This document shows, piece by piece, positions 33,291 through 43,326 of a stretch of 64,000 nt of DNA (within the stretch, counting starts at the first letter, position 1; the number at the start of each line of letters is the position of its first letter). The stretch is from Bacteroidales bacterium (GTDB lineage: Bacteria > Bacteroidota > Bacteroidia > Bacteroidales > P3). The translations under genes were made by a program, and so were the position numbers. The notes under the pieces are model-generated. The model was not told the DNA's origin. It was given only the letters and a program-made list of their open reading frames with translations, and did no database searches. The stretch lies in assembly GCA_024685285.1 (NCBI GenBank), contig JAIKVZ010000060.1, forward strand, positions 3,818 to 67,817, in the 5' to 3' direction.

Positions 33291-36092
33291 CTAATCAAAA
33301 CTCAACTCGCCCTGAACCATGGCCTGGCTAACGAGGCACCGCTGGCATATATCGACAAAGGTGGCTCCTACCGATGTCAAACCGTAGAAATCGTCCTCGC
33401 CAATCAGCACATACTGCCACCGCAGCCCGCCGCGCTTGTCGGGTGGCAGCTGGTTCACCTTGCCGCACCACTCAACGGCGGCACGGCGTTTTTGCAGCAC
33501 ATTGCGGTCCTTGACCTTGTCCTGCCCCTTGGTCTCGACCATATACATCGTGTTGGCCGCATTTACCATAAAATCAGGGTGGTAGGTAGCCAGCAGGCCG
33601 TCGGTGCGCATATAGGTTATGGTGGCAAAACGGTGGCGTGTCTCGCTTATCTTTATCCAGCGCTCAACCTGGCCGTCGTTGTCTATAAACTCCATGAAGG
33701 CCTGCTCCAAACCGCCGCCGTGGCTCGGGAAGGCTGTGCGTGTGTAGATGGTCTTCTGCAGTTCGAGCGAGTACTGCTCGCGCACAGGTATCTTGGCAAC
33801 ACTGGAAAAACAGGTCTCTTCCACCTCGGCCTCGGTGGTCTGCACCTGCTGCTGCATGTCGTACAGGGCTGCCGCCATCACTTTGACGATATGCTGCGTC
33901 ACCGCTCCGTTCTGCGCAAGCAGTATCTTCCAGTCGTTGCCGTTGAAGGGGTCGAACTCCTGCCCGAACAGGCGGGTGCGGATGTAGCGGTCTATGGTCT
34001 GCACAAGCATTGCCTCGCCAATCTGCATCACCGGCAAACGCTGGCTGGTGATGGTGCGCAGTATCTTTTGCAAGTACTCGCGGTAGCTATCGGCACTGAA
34101 GAGGTCGGCCTTGACCGTGAACTTGCCGAAGGTGGTCTTCATGGCCACGGCCTGGCTCACAAAGGTCTCGCCGTCGGTGGCCAAGTAGCGGCGCAGCTGC
34201 TCCAACGTGTATGCATAGAAGGGTTCCATGCTGTTCACATCGGGCATAGGCAACTCCAACAACTCCTCGCTCTCGCGCAGTATGTTGAGCCACGCCATGT
34301 CGTATTGCAGGTAGTCCTCTTTGAGTTCGGCCGTAAGCATATCGCCCATGGCGCTCACCGACCCGTTGCCGGTATCGACTGTTGCCAAGCCGCCGTTGAT
34401 CAGTTCCTCGTAGAACTTGCGGAAACGCGGATGTTCAACAATGAATAGTATGTCCATGTAGTTCAGCGGCTCGCGCTTCTCCACAAGCAGGCGGTGGCGG
34501 TTCTCTAACTTGGCCTCCGCGTATTCCGGCTCGCGCCACATCAACCGCAGCCCGCGCCCTATGGTCTGTTCCAGCAATATGTCGCTCTGGCTGCTGCGCA
34601 ACGGCACGATAACGCAGATGTTGTTTACGTCGAAACCCTCGCGCAACATCATCACGCTGACGATAACCCGCGGCTCGGCATAGCGGTCTATGTTGCTCAG
34701 CCGCTCGCTCACCCGCCGCCATTCCTCCTCCTTCATGTTGCCTTTAGCGTCGCTGTCAACGCGCAGCACCTCTTCGGGCTTCATGCCTTCCAACACCAGG
34801 TACTGCTCTACCAGCGGCGTAACCTTGGTGTCTTCGCACACCACCATCATCTTGGGGTATTTCTGTCCGCCAAAGTCGGACTGCAGGCGGTTGAGCCTCT
34901 CCACGCCGGCGCGCAACATCAGTTTCTGCCCCTCGCTGAGGGCAATGACCGTGCGGCCGTCGCGTATGGCGTTGTAGTCGAGGTCTTCAAGCACAGTGAG
35001 GCTCTGCCTCTGGTCGAGCGAGAGGGTCTTGACCAAGCCGTACTGCATGGCATCCTTAAGGTCGAAGTCGACAACTATATGGGGGAAGTATATTCTTCTG
35101 TTCCTGCCGCGTTGCTCGTAGGGCGTGGCGCTGAAGTCCACCTGCACACGGCAACGCTTGCCTTGCAGCATATAGTCCAGCGCCCGCTGCCACTGCACGT
35201 CGTCATCGTCCGTGCCGCTCTCGTGCACATGATGGGCCTCATCATTGATAATCATCAAGTCGGGCAGGTCGTGCAGGTACTCCGCCTCGGTGCCGCGCAG
35301 GTAGCGGCGGTCGAGCACATCCAAGGCGTTGCCGGCCGCGATGCCGGGCCGCAACGGCAGCAGCTCGTCAACAAGGTCGCCGCCCTCGTCATTGTCTTTC
35401 TGCAGAAACAAGTGCCAGTTGGTGATGGCTATCATGCCCTCGCCTGTTGCCTTGCGGCCTATGCCCTGCTCTTTGCTCACCGTGTTGGTCTGCACAAAGT
35501 TGAACACCTCGTCGCGGTACTGCGGCGGCAGAAACAGGTCGCGAAATCTTTGCAGGTCGCTGCTCTCGGCCCTGCGCTCGCCGTTCTCGACCTTGCCCAG
35601 GTAGGCGTCGAGCAGACGCTCGTAGACTATTATGCCCGGGGCTATGAGCAGAAAACGCTGCGTGTAGCGGTCGCCACCAGTGTGGCGGGCGTTGAGCAGC
35701 TGCCACAGCAGCAAGGCGTGCATCACCCAGGTCTTGCCTGTGCCGGTGGCCATCTTGACGGCATACTTGGGCAGACTGTATTTCTCCTGCGTCAGGGCGG
35801 CCATGTCTACCCGACCCATCTCGTCGGGCACCACGGCGGCATAGTTGTCCTCGACGTTGCGCACCTTGGCAACCTCGTGCAGGTAGATGGTGTTGAGGAT
35901 GGCCTGCCGTTGGCCGGTGTGGAAGTTGACGGTGCGCTCGGTGGTGAAGGGCTCGCAGAACCAATGCTGCAGCAGTTCGCGCGTCACGGGGGTCACAGCC
36001 TCAAGCAGCTCGCCGCTCTCCCAGGCATTGTTCACCTTGTCGCTCAGCCGCTGCGCCAGCAGCAGCGATATGTTGTCTTGATTGTATTGCAT
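33291..36092 (-). CDS. res: Type III restriction endonuclease, Res subunit (SF2 helicase plus PD-(D/E)xK nuclease)
   Basis: Helicase motif I 'KMATGTGKTWVM' and motif II 'IINDEAHHV'. C-terminal nuclease-like 'YHPDFMV...MYMVETKG'. The start lies 2 nt after the mod stop. Confidence 0.85.
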   Translation of the reverse strand: MQYNQDNISLLLAQRLSDKVNNAWESGELLEAVTPVTRELLQHWFCEPFTTERTVNFHTGQRQAILNTIYLHEVAKVRNVEDNYAAVVPDEMGRVDMAALTQEKYSLPKYAVKMATGTGKTWVMHALLLWQLLNARHTGGDRYTQRFLLIAPGIIVYERLLDAYLGKVENGERRAESSDLQRFRDLFLPPQYRDEVFNFVQTNTVSKEQGIGRKATGEGMIAITNWHLFLQKDNDEGGDLVDELLPLRPGIAAGNALDVLDRRYLRGTEAEYLHDLPDLMIINDEAHHVHESGTDDDDVQWQRALDYMLQGKRCRVQVDFSATPYEQRGRNRRIYFPHIVVDFDLKDAMQYGLVKTLSLDQRQSLTVLEDLDYNAIRDGRTVIALSEGQKLMLRAGVERLNRLQSDFGGQKYPKMMVVCEDTKVTPLVEQYLVLEGMKPEEVLRVDSDAKGNMKEEEWRRVSERLSNIDRYAEPRVIVSVMMLREGFDVNNICVIVPLRSSQSDILLEQTIGRGLRLMWREPEYAEAKLENRHRLLVEKREPLNYMDILFIVEHPRFRKFYEELINGGLATVDTGNGSVSAMGDMLTAELKEDYLQYDMAWLNILRESEELLELPMPDVNSMEPFYAYTLEQLRRYLATDGETFVSQAVAMKTTFGKFTVKADLFSADSYREYLQKILRTITSQRLPVMQIGEAMLVQTIDRYIRTRLFGQEFDPFNGNDWKILLAQNGAVTQHIVKVMAAALYDMQQQVQTTEAEVEETCFSSVAKIPVREQYSLELQKTIYTRTAFPSHGGGLEQAFMEFIDNDGQVERWIKISETRHRFATITYMRTDGLLATYHPDFMVNAANTMYMVETKGQDKVKDRNVLQKRRAAVEWCGKVNQLPPDKRGGLRWQYVLIGEDDFYGLTSVGATFVDICQRCLVSQAMVQGELSFD

Positions 36093-36094
36093 GG

Positions 36095-38008
36095 CTAAAC
36101 CCTTTCTACCACTACGCTTTCAAATCCAAATACATCCACGGCCTTGACGCATACGGCGCGGCTCTCGCGGTGGGGCACGGTGAGGTCGGCACGGTAGACG
36201 CAGTGCAGCGGGTCGTGGTCCATGGCGGTGTTCTCGCGATAGTCCTGCCACAGGCTGCGGAAGGTCACGCCGTCGTAGTCGGGGTCGATGCTCCAGTATT
36301 CTATCAAGGCCAGCGGGTCGTCGTTCATCACGCGGCGCACCGCCTCGCGGTCTTTCTCTTCCAAGGGTATGTTCTCTGGCGAGAGCTGCACATAGTCCTT
36401 AAGGCGTATGGTGAGCACGTCGCCGTCGGCAAGGGTATGTTTCTCGATGGGGTGCAGCGTGAGGTACTGCAGGCCGCTGAAGCGCACCTTGCCATCCTGT
36501 ATCAACTTGGTGAAGCCTTGCTTCTTGAGTTTGTCCAGCAGGTCGGGCGGGATGACCAGCACCTCGACGTTCTGCTTGTACTCCTCGATGGCCTGGCTGA
36601 TGTCGTAGCTGAAGTTCCAGGCCAGCACCACCACCTTCTTCCAGCCGCCGCCAAGGAGACTCTGGGTTGCCTCACTGGCACGGCGCAGGGTGGCGCGGCC
36701 CGTCAGCTTGTTGGGACTGTCGACGTAGACCAGCGTGCGCTCGTCCTTAATGTAGCCATAATTGCGGTCGGCCACCTGGTCGGGCGTGAAGGGCAGGGCG
36801 CCGTAGAGTTGCATAACCACCTGGCTGAGGTCGCCGATGTTGCGGAACAGGCGCGTGCCATGCATCATCTCCTTCTGGTAGTCGCCGATGGCCTGGTAGA
36901 GGAACGGCTTCACCTCCTGGTCTATCAGCCGCTTGCGCATCACTAATGTGGCGGGTTTGCCAATGTCGCTGGTAATCCAGCGGCGGCCTAACCGTTCCGC
37001 CACCGCTGCTGTGGTGCCGCTGCCCCCGAAAAAGTCGCAGACCAGGTCGCCTTCATTGCTGCTGGATTTGATTATGCGCTCCAATAATGCTGTTGGTTTC
37101 TGTGTTGCATAATTAACCCGTTCTTTTGACATTGAATTTTCGTAGGGTATTTCCCAAACATCATTAGGAATCATCCCTTCATCGGGATAATAAACTCTCC
37201 ATTTCCCTGCATCAAATCTTTTTCGGCACTGTCTACCCTCATCATCAACATCTCTAAAATGAGAATCTATATATTGCTGAGTATAGGGGATTCTTGAATC
37301 TATTTCATTAAAGAAAGTTTTTTCAGTTATACCATACCAAAAAATTGTATCGTGTTTTAGAGCGAAGCGGTCTTTGGGTCTACCAAGGGTTGAGTAATAC
37401 CAGATTATCTCATTCCTAAAGTTTTCTTTACCAAATATCTCATCCATCAATACTTTAACGTAATGCCCCACATGCCAGTCGATATGTACGTAGATGCTGC
37501 CGTGGTCGCTCAACAACTCGCGCATCAGCACCAGTCGGGGGTAGAGCATACGCAGGTAGCTGACGGTGCCGTCCTTCCATGTGTCGGCGTAGGCAAACTG
37601 CTCGATGGTGGTGGGCTTCTGGTTGATGTCACCGCCAGGTAGCGTCAGCTTGGTGCGGTAGTCGGCCTTGGAGTCGAACGGCGGGTCGATATAGATAAGG
37701 TCCACCTTGCCGCGCAACGAGGGCAGCCCCGTGGCGGGGTCGCCTGCCAACAGAGCCTGCATGGCCAACAGGTTGTCGCCATAGATAAGGCGGTTCATCT
37801 GGGAGTACAGGCTTCCAGCCTGTAGTACGGGCTGGAAGCCCGTGCTCCCAAAGCGCATTTCGCTGCTGGCTTTGGCTGGCAGCACCACCTCGTTGGTCTG
37901 TAGGGTGATGCGGTTGGCCGAACTGAGGCGATCGAGGATTGCCGCCGCCTCGCGGTTGCCGTCGGCCACGATACGCGGCAACTCGGTGATAAGGGACTTT
38001 GTGGGCAT
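36095..38008 (-). CDS. mod: Type III restriction-modification DNA methyltransferase, Mod subunit (beta-class N6A/N4C MTase)
   Basis: Motif IV 'LIYIDPPF', '[13 protein letters not shown]' and motif I '[21 protein letters not shown]', in the order IV...I typical of beta-class/Type III Mod. Confidence 0.85.
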   Translation of the reverse strand: MPTKSLITELPRIVADGNREAAAILDRLSSANRITLQTNEVVLPAKASSEMRFGSTGFQPVLQAGSLYSQMNRLIYGDNLLAMQALLAGDPATGLPSLRGKVDLIYIDPPFDSKADYRTKLTLPGGDINQKPTTIEQFAYADTWKDGTVSYLRMLYPRLVLMRELLSDHGSIYVHIDWHVGHYVKVLMDEIFGKENFRNEIIWYYSTLGRPKDRFALKHDTIFWYGITEKTFFNEIDSRIPYTQQYIDSHFRDVDDEGRQCRKRFDAGKWRVYYPDEGMIPNDVWEIPYENSMSKERVNYATQKPTALLERIIKSSSNEGDLVCDFFGGSGTTAAVAERLGRRWITSDIGKPATLVMRKRLIDQEVKPFLYQAIGDYQKEMMHGTRLFRNIGDLSQVVMQLYGALPFTPDQVADRNYGYIKDERTLVYVDSPNKLTGRATLRRASEATQSLLGGGWKKVVVLAWNFSYDISQAIEEYKQNVEVLVIPPDLLDKLKKQGFTKLIQDGKVRFSGLQYLTLHPIEKHTLADGDVLTIRLKDYVQLSPENIPLEEKDREAVRRVMNDDPLALIEYWSIDPDYDGVTFRSLWQDYRENTAMDHDPLHCVYRADLTVPHRESRAVCVKAVDVFGFESVVVERV

Positions 38009-38282
38009 AGTCGGTTAGCTATTTGTCGCGCTGTGCCATATGCCTCTATCTTTATCCTAACACCAAAAGCAAGGCGAGCATCTTGCTCGCAGTGCGGTGT
38101 CGGATACCGAAGAAGCCACAAGAATGCTCGCGCTTTGCGCAAGCATTTGCTTTTGCGGGCTTCCTCTCATTGAAATTTCCGACGTTTCACTGCGATAGGA
38201 ACAAATAGCAAACGCTATGGTTATTATTGATTTATTTCTTATTAATATGTTTTACATCTTTGTTATCGGTTGTTTCACGGTG

Positions 38283-38290
38283 CAAAGATA
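38283..38290 (-). promoter_or_regulatory. Candidate -7 box (TATCTTTGCA on the minus strand) for the mod-res operon
   Basis: Exact copy of the decamer seen at five other candidate promoter positions in this window (six copies in all). It would give a ~265-nt leader before the mod ATG at 38008. Confidence 0.35.
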
Positions 38291-38529
38291 CACTTTTTTT
38301 TCAAAACCGGTGCAAAAATCTTTGAATGGGGTGCTTTTTTGGCTCAAAAAAACGGTGACGGCGCAACCCCCAAAAATGCTCTGTAGCGGCCGCCACGATT
38401 GCATTCTGCAAGCCTCGCGGCGACTCACAGTCTCAAAAATTAACATCAAATAACTACTGAATATCAATACTTTACAGAAAATATCAACAAAAAATACAAA
38501 AAAATATTTGGCGTATCAAAAAATAGTAG

Positions 38530-38537
38530 TATCTTTG
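38530..38537 (+). promoter_or_regulatory. Bacteroidota -7 promoter box TATCTTTG(CA) for the tRNA-tuf cluster
   Basis: TAnnTTTG match 48 nt upstream of the first tRNA. A TTTG lies about 20 nt upstream. Confidence 0.5.
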
Positions 38538-38584
38538 CAACCTCAAAACCGAGAAAAAGAGAGTAATTTGAAAGACTGAAACAA

Positions 38585-38657
38585 GCCGATGTAACTCAGT
38601 TGGTAGAGTAGCTGATTTGTAATCAGCCTGTCGGGGGTTCGAGTCCCTTCATCGGCT
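38585..38657 (+). tRNA. tRNA-Thr (anticodon TGT)
   Basis: Acceptor stem GCCGATG/CATCGGC, anticodon arm GCTGA-TTTGTAA-TCAGC and T-loop GGTTCGAGTCC. Confidence 0.9.
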
Positions 38658-38702
38658 CGCCCAATCCCGACAGCCAACGGGAAAACAAAAATAAGGTACA
38701 AT

Positions 38703-38784
38703 GGGGAAGTCGCATAGTGGCAATTGCAACAGACTGTAAATCTGTCCTCTTCGGAGTTCGGTGGTTCGAGTCCACCCTTCCCCA
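38703..38784 (+). tRNA. tRNA-Tyr (anticodon GTA), long variable arm
   Basis: Acceptor stem GGGGAAG/CTTCCCC, anticodon arm CAGACTGTAAATCTG, variable arm TCCTCTTCGGAG and T-loop GGTTCGAGTCC. Confidence 0.9.
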
Positions 38785-38815
38785 CAAACAAGAACGAGCA
38801 TCGAGCTTGCAAAAA

Positions 38816-38888
38816 GCGGAAGTAGCTCATTTGGCAGAGCGATAGCCTTCCAAGCTATAGGTGGCGGGTTCGAGCCCCGTCTTCCGCT
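38816..38888 (+). tRNA. tRNA-Gly (anticodon TCC)
   Basis: Acceptor stem GCGGAAG/CTTCCGC, anticodon loop CTTCCAA and T-loop GGTTCGAGCCC. Confidence 0.9.
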
Positions 38889-38955
38889 CAGAGACAAAAA
38901 GCGGAGAGCAGGGCACCGACATACGAGAGCCGACGCTTTTTGAGAAAGTTTAAAA

Positions 38956-39028
<73 letters not shown>

Positions 39029-39138
39029 CTCTTTTTATGCCCACAATGAGGACGAGTGACCACATTCGCCCTCATTGAAAGGTGAAAAGAAACAGAGTAA
39101 AAGAAACATTATTGTTAACATTTAATACGTATTAAACA

Positions 39139-40326
39139 ATGGCAAAAGAAAAATTTGATCGTTCTAAACCGCACGTCAACATCGGCACTATCGGCCACGT
39201 TGACCATGGTAAGACCACCCTCACCGCCGCTATCACCAAGGTTCTCGCCGAGAAGGGTCTTTCTGAGGTGAAAAGCTTCGATGCAATCGACTCCGCTCCC
39301 GAAGAGAAAGAGCGCGGTATCACCATCAACACCGCTCACGTCGAGTATCAGACCGAGACTCGTCACTATGCACACGTCGACTGCCCGGGTCACGCCGACT
39401 ATGTGAAGAACATGGTTACCGGTGCTGCCCAGATGGACGGTGCTATCCTCGTTGTGGCCGCCACCGACGGTCCCATGCCCCAGACCCGTGAGCACATCCT
39501 GCTCGCCCGTCAGGTTGGTGTTCCCCAGCTCGTTGTGTTCCTGAACAAGTGCGACCTTGTTGACGACCCCGAGCTGCTTGACCTCGTCGAGATGGAAGTC
39601 CGCGAGCTCCTCAGCTCCTATGACTTCGATGGCGACAACATCCCCATCATCCGCGGTTCCGCCCTCGCCGCCCTTAACGGCGAAGCCTCCGGCGTCAAAG
39701 CCGTCGAAGAGCTCATGGACGCTGTCGACAACTGGATCCCCCTGCCCGTGCGTGCAGTTGACAAGGACTTCCTCATGCCCATCGAGGACGTGTTCTCAAT
39801 CACCGGCCGCGGCACCGTGGGTACCGGCCGTATCGAGACCGGCGTTATCCACACTGGCGACCCCGTCGACATCATCGGTATGGGTGCCGAGAAACTGAAA
39901 TCGGTGGTCACCGGCGTCGAGATGTTCCGCAAGATTCTTGACGAAGGCGAGGCCGGCGACAACGTGGGTCTGCTCCTCCGCGGTATCGACAAGGACGAGA
40001 TCCGTCGCGGTATGGTTATTGCCAAACCCGGTTCGGTGAAACCTCACCACAAATTCGAGGCAGCCGTGTATATCCTTAAGAAAGAGGAAGGCGGCCGTCA
40101 CACCCCGTTCCACAACAAATATCGCCCGCAGTTCTACTTCCGCACCACCGACGTGACTGGTGAGATCCACCTGCCCGAAGGCCGCGAGATGGTTATGCCC
40201 GGCGACAACCTGACCATCACTGTCGAGCTTATCTCCGACATCGCCCTCAACGAGAACCTCCGTTTCGCTATCCGCGAAGGCGGCCGCACCGTGGGCTCCG
40301 GCCAGGTAACCAAGATTATTGAATAA
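39139..40326 (+). CDS. tuf: Translation elongation factor Tu
   Basis: '[10 protein letters not shown]', 'DCPGHADY', 'NKCD' and full-length EF-Tu collinearity. Confidence 0.98.
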   Translation: MAKEKFDRSKPHVNIGTIGHVDHGKTTLTAAITKVLAEKGLSEVKSFDAIDSAPEEKERGITINTAHVEYQTETRHYAHVDCPGHADYVKNMVTGAAQMDGAILVVAATDGPMPQTREHILLARQVGVPQLVVFLNKCDLVDDPELLDLVEMEVRELLSSYDFDGDNIPIIRGSALAALNGEASGVKAVEELMDAVDNWIPLPVRAVDKDFLMPIEDVFSITGRGTVGTGRIETGVIHTGDPVDIIGMGAEKLKSVVTGVEMFRKILDEGEAGDNVGLLLRGIDKDEIRRGMVIAKPGSVKPHHKFEAAVYILKKEEGGRHTPFHNKYRPQFYFRTTDVTGEIHLPEGREMVMPGDNLTITVELISDIALNENLRFAIREGGRTVGSGQVTKIIE

Positions 40327-40344
40327 TCAGGCCAAAGTGCACAA

Positions 40345-40375
40345 AAAGCCTTCTGCCTCACCGCAGAAGGCTTTT
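40345..40375 (+). terminator. Stem-loop (terminator/attenuator candidate) immediately after tuf
   Basis: 12-bp stem AAAGCCTTCTGC / GCAGAAGGCTTT followed by T. tRNA-Trp begins only 3 nt downstream. Confidence 0.55.
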
Positions 40376-40377
40376 AC

Positions 40378-40448
40378 AGGGGCATAGTTAAATGGTATAA
40401 TGGCGGTCTCCAAAACCGTGGTTGGGAGTTCGATTCTCTCTGCCCCTG
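40378..40448 (+). tRNA. tRNA-Trp (anticodon CCA)
   Basis: Acceptor stem AGGGGCA/TGCCCCT, anticodon loop TCTCCAAAA and T-loop AGTTCGATTCT. Confidence 0.9.
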
Positions 40449-40497
40449 CAAAAGAAAAAAGAAAACAATAATTCAGAATTCGGAATTAAACAAAGAG

Positions 40498-40713
40498 ATG
40501 TCAAAATTCGGTAATTACGTAAAATCGAGCTACGACGAACTTGTGCACAAAGTGTCGTGGCCCTCATTCAAGGAGCTGCAGTCGAGCGCCGTTGTGGTGG
40601 CCGTTGCAGCCATAATCCTGGCCCTGATCGTGTTCGTGATGGACGTAGTGTTCGGCGCGCAAAACATGGGCTGGAAAGGATTGCTCGGATACTTTTATTC
40701 TCTAATCGGATAA
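40498..40713 (+). CDS. secE: Preprotein translocase subunit SecE
   Basis: 71 aa with 'ELVHKVSWPSFKEL' followed by one TM helix. It sits in the conserved position before nusG. Confidence 0.85.
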   Translation: MSKFGNYVKSSYDELVHKVSWPSFKELQSSAVVVAVAAIILALIVFVMDVVFGAQNMGWKGLLGYFYSLIG

Positions 40714-40882
40714 CGCCTGACCGCACTGCGGCGGCCTTGCTTCCCAAACATCACACTTTGAGGCCGCGGCAAGCATGGAGGCTGAAACTGCCGATTGGAG
40801 GGTTTTGCGCCGGCCCCGACCACGGGACGTGCCGCGAGACAATTTAAGTATAAAACCACTGTTCTGTATTACTAACTGAAAG

Positions 40883-41431
40883 ATGGATCAACAGGAAAAA
40901 AAATGGTATGTCGTCAGAGCGATAAGCGGTAAGGAGAAGAAAGCCAAGGAGTATATCGAGAACGAGATGGCCAAACGCGGCTGGACCGAACTCGTGCCCC
41001 AGGTGCTCATCCCCACCGAGAAGGTCTACTCGATACGCAACGGCAAGAAGGTGGTCAAAGACCGCAACTACTTCCCTGGATATGTGCTCATCGAGGCCGA
41101 CCTGCGCGAAGAAATCATTCCCGTTATTCAGAACCTGCCCAATGTGCTGGACTTCCTGCGCGAACGCGAAGGCAAGCCCATACCGATGCGTCAGCCCGAA
41201 ATCAACCGTATTCTCGGCAAGATGGACGACCAGATGCTCAACGGTGACGGCATGATGGACAAATTCATAGTGGGCGAAGCCGTCAAAGTGATAGAAGGCC
41301 CCTTCAACAGCTTTGCCGGTGTGGTGGAAGAGGTGAACGAGGACAAGAGGAAACTCAAAGTCACCGTGAAAATCTTCGGCCGCAAGACCCCGCTGGAACT
41401 GAGTTTCAACCAGGTAGAGAAAGAACAGTAA
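40883..41431 (+). CDS. nusG: Transcription termination/antitermination factor NusG
   Basis: 'KKWYVVRAISGKEKKAKEYIE' NGN domain, C-terminal KOW 'GEAVKVIEGPFNSFAGVVEEV', and synteny. Confidence 0.95.
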   Translation: MDQQEKKWYVVRAISGKEKKAKEYIENEMAKRGWTELVPQVLIPTEKVYSIRNGKKVVKDRNYFPGYVLIEADLREEIIPVIQNLPNVLDFLREREGKPIPMRQPEINRILGKMDDQMLNGDGMMDKFIVGEAVKVIEGPFNSFAGVVEEVNEDKRKLKVTVKIFGRKTPLELSFNQVEKEQ

Positions 41432-41467
41432 AACAGTTAATTAACCCAATTCAAAAAATTTAATTCA

Positions 41468-41911
41468 ATGGCAAAAGAAGTTGCAGGATTGATTAAATTG
41501 CAAATCAAGGGCGGTGCTGCCAACCCCGCACCCCCTGTGGGACCCGCCTTGGGTGCCAAGGGTGTGAACATCATGGAGTTCTGCAAGCAGTTCAACGCGC
41601 GCACACAGGAGCAGGCCGGCAAAATAGTGCCCGTCATCATCACTGTGTACACCGACAAGTCCTTTGATTTTGTAGTCAAGACCCCCCCTGTCGCCGTCCA
41701 GCTCAAAGAGATTGCCAAGGCCGAGAAAGGCTCGTCGGAGCCCAACCGCACCAAGGTAGCCTCGGTGACCTGGGAACAGGTGCGCCAGATTGCAGAAGCC
41801 AAAATGCCAGACCTCAACTGCTTCACCGTAGAGTCAGCAATGAGCATGGTGGCCGGCACTGCACGCAGCATGGGTATCACTGTTACGGGTGAGAACCCTC
41901 TGAACAAGTAA
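41468..41911 (+). CDS. rplK: 50S ribosomal protein L11
   Basis: '[36 protein letters not shown]'. Confidence 0.97.
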   Translation: MAKEVAGLIKLQIKGGAANPAPPVGPALGAKGVNIMEFCKQFNARTQEQAGKIVPVIITVYTDKSFDFVVKTPPVAVQLKEIAKAEKGSSEPNRTKVASVTWEQVRQIAEAKMPDLNCFTVESAMSMVAGTARSMGITVTGENPLNK

Positions 41912-41978
41912 ACAAAGATTAATCAACAGTGGTAGCATCGCCACCGAGCGATGCGGCGACCACAAAAACTGACAAAAC

Positions 41979-42674
41979 ATGGCAAAATTAACCAAAAAAC
42001 AAAAAGAAGCTTTGGCCAAGTTCGACAGCACCAAGGTCTACTCGCTCGAGGAGGCCGTGCAGGTGGTGAAGAACATAACCTACACCAAGTTCGACTCGTC
42101 GGTTGACATCGACGTGCGCCTCGGCGTTGACCCCCGCAAGGCCAACCAGATGGTGCGCGGCAGCGTCACCCTGCCCCACGGCACCGGTAAAACCGTGCGC
42201 GTGCTGGTGCTCTGCACCCCCGACAAGGAAGAGGAAGCCAAAGCAGCCGGAGCCGATTACTATGGTCTGGATGAATACATCACCAAGATAAAAGGCGGTT
42301 GGACGGATGTTGACGTTATCATTACCATGCCCAGCGTTATGCCCAAGGTTGGAGCACTGGGACGCATCCTCGGTCCCCGAGGCCTCATGCCCAACCCCAA
42401 AACCGGCACCGTTACCATGGAAGTGGGCAAGGCAGTCCAGGAAGCCAAAGCCGGCAAAATCGACTTCAAAGTCGACAAGTTCGGCATCATCCACACCGCC
42501 GTGGCCAAGTGCTCTTTCGACAACCAGAAAATCGTCGATAACGCACGCGAAGTGCTGCAGATGATCATGAAGCTCAAACCGGCCGCCGCAAAAGGCACCT
42601 ACGTCAAGAGCATCTCCATCTCGAGCACCATGAGCCCCGGAGTGAAAGTGGACACCAAAGCCGCTACATTGTAA
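41979..42674 (+). CDS. rplA: 50S ribosomal protein L1
   Basis: '[29 protein letters not shown]' and '[15 protein letters not shown]'. Confidence 0.97.
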   Translation: MAKLTKKQKEALAKFDSTKVYSLEEAVQVVKNITYTKFDSSVDIDVRLGVDPRKANQMVRGSVTLPHGTGKTVRVLVLCTPDKEEEAKAAGADYYGLDEYITKIKGGWTDVDVIITMPSVMPKVGALGRILGPRGLMPNPKTGTVTMEVGKAVQEAKAGKIDFKVDKFGIIHTAVAKCSFDNQKIVDNAREVLQMIMKLKPAAAKGTYVKSISISSTMSPGVKVDTKAATL

Positions 42675-42701
42675 TCAACCCCAATTAATCAAAGAAAGAT
42701 T

Positions 42702-43235
42702 ATGAGAAAAGAACAGAAAGACCAACTGATAGACTCGTTGTGCGAAGAAGTCAAGGCCTATCCGCATCTCTACATTGCCGACATAGGAGGCTTGAACTCC
42801 GTGCAGACCAGCAAGCTGCGCCGCGCGGCCTTCCGCAAAGAGGTAAAGTTGGAAGTCGTCAAAAACACCCTCCTGATCAAGGCCATGGAAAAGAGCGGCC
42901 GCGACTATTCCGAGCTCTTCCAGGTCATAAAGGGTGAGACCGCCATAATGCTTTCTAACATCAACAATGCGCCTGCCAAACTCATCAAAGAGTATCGCGC
43001 AAACGACAAAAACGCCACCAAGCCCGTCCTCAAGGGAGCATACGTCGAAGAGAGCTTCTACATCGGAGCCGAAAACCTCGACGCCCTGGTCAACATCAAG
43101 TCCAAGAACGAGCTCATCGCCGATGTTGTGGCCCTGCTGCAATCGCCGATCAAGAACGTCATGTCGCAAATGCAGTCGGCAGGCAACACCATTACCGGTG
43201 TTCTGAAAACATTAGAGGAGAAGAAAGCCGAGTAA
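42702..43235 (+). CDS. rplJ: 50S ribosomal protein L10
   Basis: 177 aa, matching the L10 family, and synteny between rplA and rplL. Confidence 0.9.
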   Translation: MRKEQKDQLIDSLCEEVKAYPHLYIADIGGLNSVQTSKLRRAAFRKEVKLEVVKNTLLIKAMEKSGRDYSELFQVIKGETAIMLSNINNAPAKLIKEYRANDKNATKPVLKGAYVEESFYIGAENLDALVNIKSKNELIADVVALLQSPIKNVMSQMQSAGNTITGVLKTLEEKKAE

Positions 43236-43282
43236 CAAACCCGGCACAACATCGGGCAGGCAAGGGCAAAACAACGGACACC

Positions 43283-43326
43283 TCCGACCTCAACCCGAAC
43301 CCAACCCGACCTTAACCCGACCCTGA
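43283..43326 (+). repeat. Intergenic 11-bp tandem array, copy 4 (4 units), inside the rplJ-rplL spacer
   Basis: tccgacctcaa|cccgaacccaa|cccgaccttaa|cccgaccctga. Confidence 0.8.

Noticed and set aside
33492-36098. Plus-strand ORFs 33492..34448 and 35079..36098 opposite res, and 36170..36946 opposite mod
   Set aside because: These are antisense shadows. The minus-strand frames carry the helicase, nuclease and methyltransferase motifs.
36095-38008. Phase-variable simple-sequence repeat in mod (a phasevarion)
   Set aside because: Reading the gene, I saw no tetra- or pentanucleotide tract and no long homopolymer in the coding sequence or near the start codon.
38217-38453. 78-aa ORF (and the antisense 38252..38467) in the AT-rich spacer upstream of the tRNA cluster
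   Set aside because: It lies in AT-rich promoter DNA, its hydrophobic N-terminus is typical of translated T-rich sequence, I saw no ribosome-binding context, and it overlaps candidate promoter boxes.
33135-38584. Possibility that the Type III R-M locus is an integrative island targeted to the tRNA cluster
   Set aside because: There is no integrase, recombinase or transposase gene, and I found no direct repeat of tRNA 3'-end sequence. The locus also lies on the 5' side of the tRNAs. It is kept only as a synteny question in the findings.
38543-38943. Small ORFs 38543..38830(-), 38649..38897(-) and 38761..38943(+)
   Set aside because: They overlap the four tRNA genes, so the apparent coding capacity is an artefact of structured, GC-rich tRNA sequence.
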